DNA of 64,000 nt from Candidatus Gottesmanbacteria bacterium RIFCSPHIGHO2_01_FULL_46_14 (lineage in GTDB: Bacteria; Patescibacteriota; Microgenomatia; UBA10105; UBA927). Where the stretch lies: positions 898 through 64,897 of the forward strand of contig MFJJ01000010.1 in the NCBI GenBank assembly GCA_001780895.1, in the 5' to 3' direction. Positions 63,252 through 64,000 of this stretch are shown here, piece after piece. Numbering within the stretch: the first letter of the stretch is position 1; each line of letters starts with the position of its first letter. The position numbers and the translations under genes are program-made. Below the pieces are notes generated by a model. That model saw only the letters and a list, made by a program, of their open reading frames with translations, was not told the DNA's origin and made no database searches.

Positions 63252-64000
63252 ATGGCGTTGTTTAAAAAGAGAAAACGATCTTACAAAAAACGACGGAATC
63301 AATTTGGGTCGGTGAAGCTCAAGAAGCAGACCGTCTATACGGTCGCAGCGATCTGGATGTGGTTATTTGCCGGTACTATCACATTGGCATTTTTTGGTGA
63401 AGGATCGCTCTTAACCTCGCTTCGGGACGAAATTACCTATCACATTGGTTGGGGAATGTACGGGCTTCCGCCGTTTTTGATTACCGCAAGTTTCCTTTTA
63501 TTTAAGGTTAAGTCCGATATTGGCAAACCCAATGTCCCTCTGGGAGTTGGGATTATGTTAGCCTCTTTGATCGGACTTACCCAGGCAGGAATCGCGGGAG
63601 AGGCTGTTTGGAATATTTTAGCAGAAGCAATCTCCACTGAGGGCGCGGTACTCGTGTTTTTAGGAGCGTTTATGGTAGGGTTCATTATTCTCCTCAATAC
63701 GTCGCTTGATCGATTTATCAACTTTATCTTTACCGGGCTACAAAAACTGGTTGAGATGGTCGGGAGTATCGGGACGTTATCGAAAAAGGATGATATCGTA
63801 TTTAGTAAAGACAAGGAGAAGCCGATCGTCAAAACTCCCATGCCGCTTCCTCCCGTTGCCGGAGCTAAAGTTGCACCCGAGAGAACCCAGGCCCAGTCCT
63901 CGTTGTCTATTCCTTCACCAACAGTATCAGGGGAACCCATGCTATGGGAGTATCCACCGCTGTCTTTGCTATCTGATGGACCAGGTCAAAAGGCTGACCG
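63252..64000 (+). CDS. ftsK: DNA translocase FtsK, N-terminal membrane domain (gene continues beyond the window)
   Basis: ATG at 63252 and an open frame to the window end. Basic N-terminus, 4 TM helices, and the WEYPPLSLL motif that precedes the motor domain. Confidence 0.6.
   Translation, partial: MALFKKRKRSYKKRRNQFGSVKLKKQTVYTVAAIWMWLFAGTITLAFFGEGSLLTSLRDEITYHIGWGMYGLPPFLITASFLLFKVKSDIGKPNVPLGVGIMLASLIGLTQAGIAGEAVWNILAEAISTEGAVLVFLGAFMVGFIILLNTSLDRFINFIFTGLQKLVEMVGSIGTLSKKDDIVFSKDKEKPIVKTPMPLPPVAGAKVAPERTQAQSSLSIPSPTVSGEPMLWEYPPLSLLSDGPGQKAD

Noticed and set aside
1-64000. Searched for a CRISPR array, rRNA or tRNA genes
   Set aside because: No regularly spaced direct repeats with unique spacers were seen. 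No tRNA-like T-arm or acceptor-stem signatures were spotted in the few intergenic regions. The window is about 95 percent protein-coding.

Overview
The window reads as a densely packed, mostly hypothetical-rich stretch of a small-genome bacterium. Gene content suggests a CPR/Patescibacteria-like lineage (inference): short IF-2, zinc-finger-less DnaJ, Pro/Thr-rich surface proteins, type IV pilus assembly genes and many toxin-antitoxin pairs. No rRNA, tRNA or CRISPR array was recognised. All coordinates come from the ORF track plus manual reading, so hand-derived sites may be off by 1-2 nt.

What is in the window:
1. 1-5.3 kb: an accessory patch with a GNAT gene, DUF433/DUF5615 and Phd/VapC toxin-antitoxin pairs, a C45 Ntn-hydrolase, a short-chain dehydrogenase (SDR) preceded by a 14-codon SDR remnant, and an M23 peptidase.
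2. 6.7-14.7 kb, minus strand: a cell-envelope glycoconjugate cluster. It holds a UbiA-family (decaprenyl-phosphate phosphoribosyltransferase-like) prenyltransferase, a GT4 MraY/WecA-type phosphosugar transferase, a GT-C transferase, two GT2 transferases and a Rossmann FAD oxidoreductase resembling UDP-galactopyranose mutase. A second copy of the UbiA 3' end lies beyond an inserted retropepsin-like protease gene.
3. 14.6-17 kb: tatD and metG. The metG leader has a trp-like four-segment terminator/antiterminator arrangement.
4. 18.7-23.2 kb: three copies of a 30-bp perfect palindrome bracket a P-loop kinase gene and a TrpR/YerC-like regulator gene. Next come a zinc-ribbon gene translationally coupled to a very Cys-rich tandem-duplicated protein, and a convergent TraD/VirD4/HerA-like ATPase.
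5. 25-28.9 kb: a UvrD helicase fused to a PD-(D/E)xK nuclease domain, followed by an AbiEii-family nucleotidyltransferase.
6. 32-37.6 kb: tandem FemAB paralogues, a second UvrD/PcrA helicase, tpiA and an LCP (LytR-CpsA-Psr) gene.
7. 37.6-42.8 kb, minus strand: a pilN-pilO operon continuing into secreted and Pro/Thr-rich proteins. rpsT and murJ follow.
8. 48.3-60 kb: a conserved core. A CIRCE operator precedes hrcA-grpE-dnaK; an NYN-domain gene sits between dnaK and dnaJ; then nusA, infB, a DHH phosphoesterase, a DUF4258/DUF2283 pair, rpsO with a Lys-rich N-terminal extension, and pnp.
9. 59.9-64 kb: a Lon AAA+ module that lacks the protease domain, a second palindrome-flanked TrpR/YerC-like gene, RNase J, and the start of ftsK running off the window.
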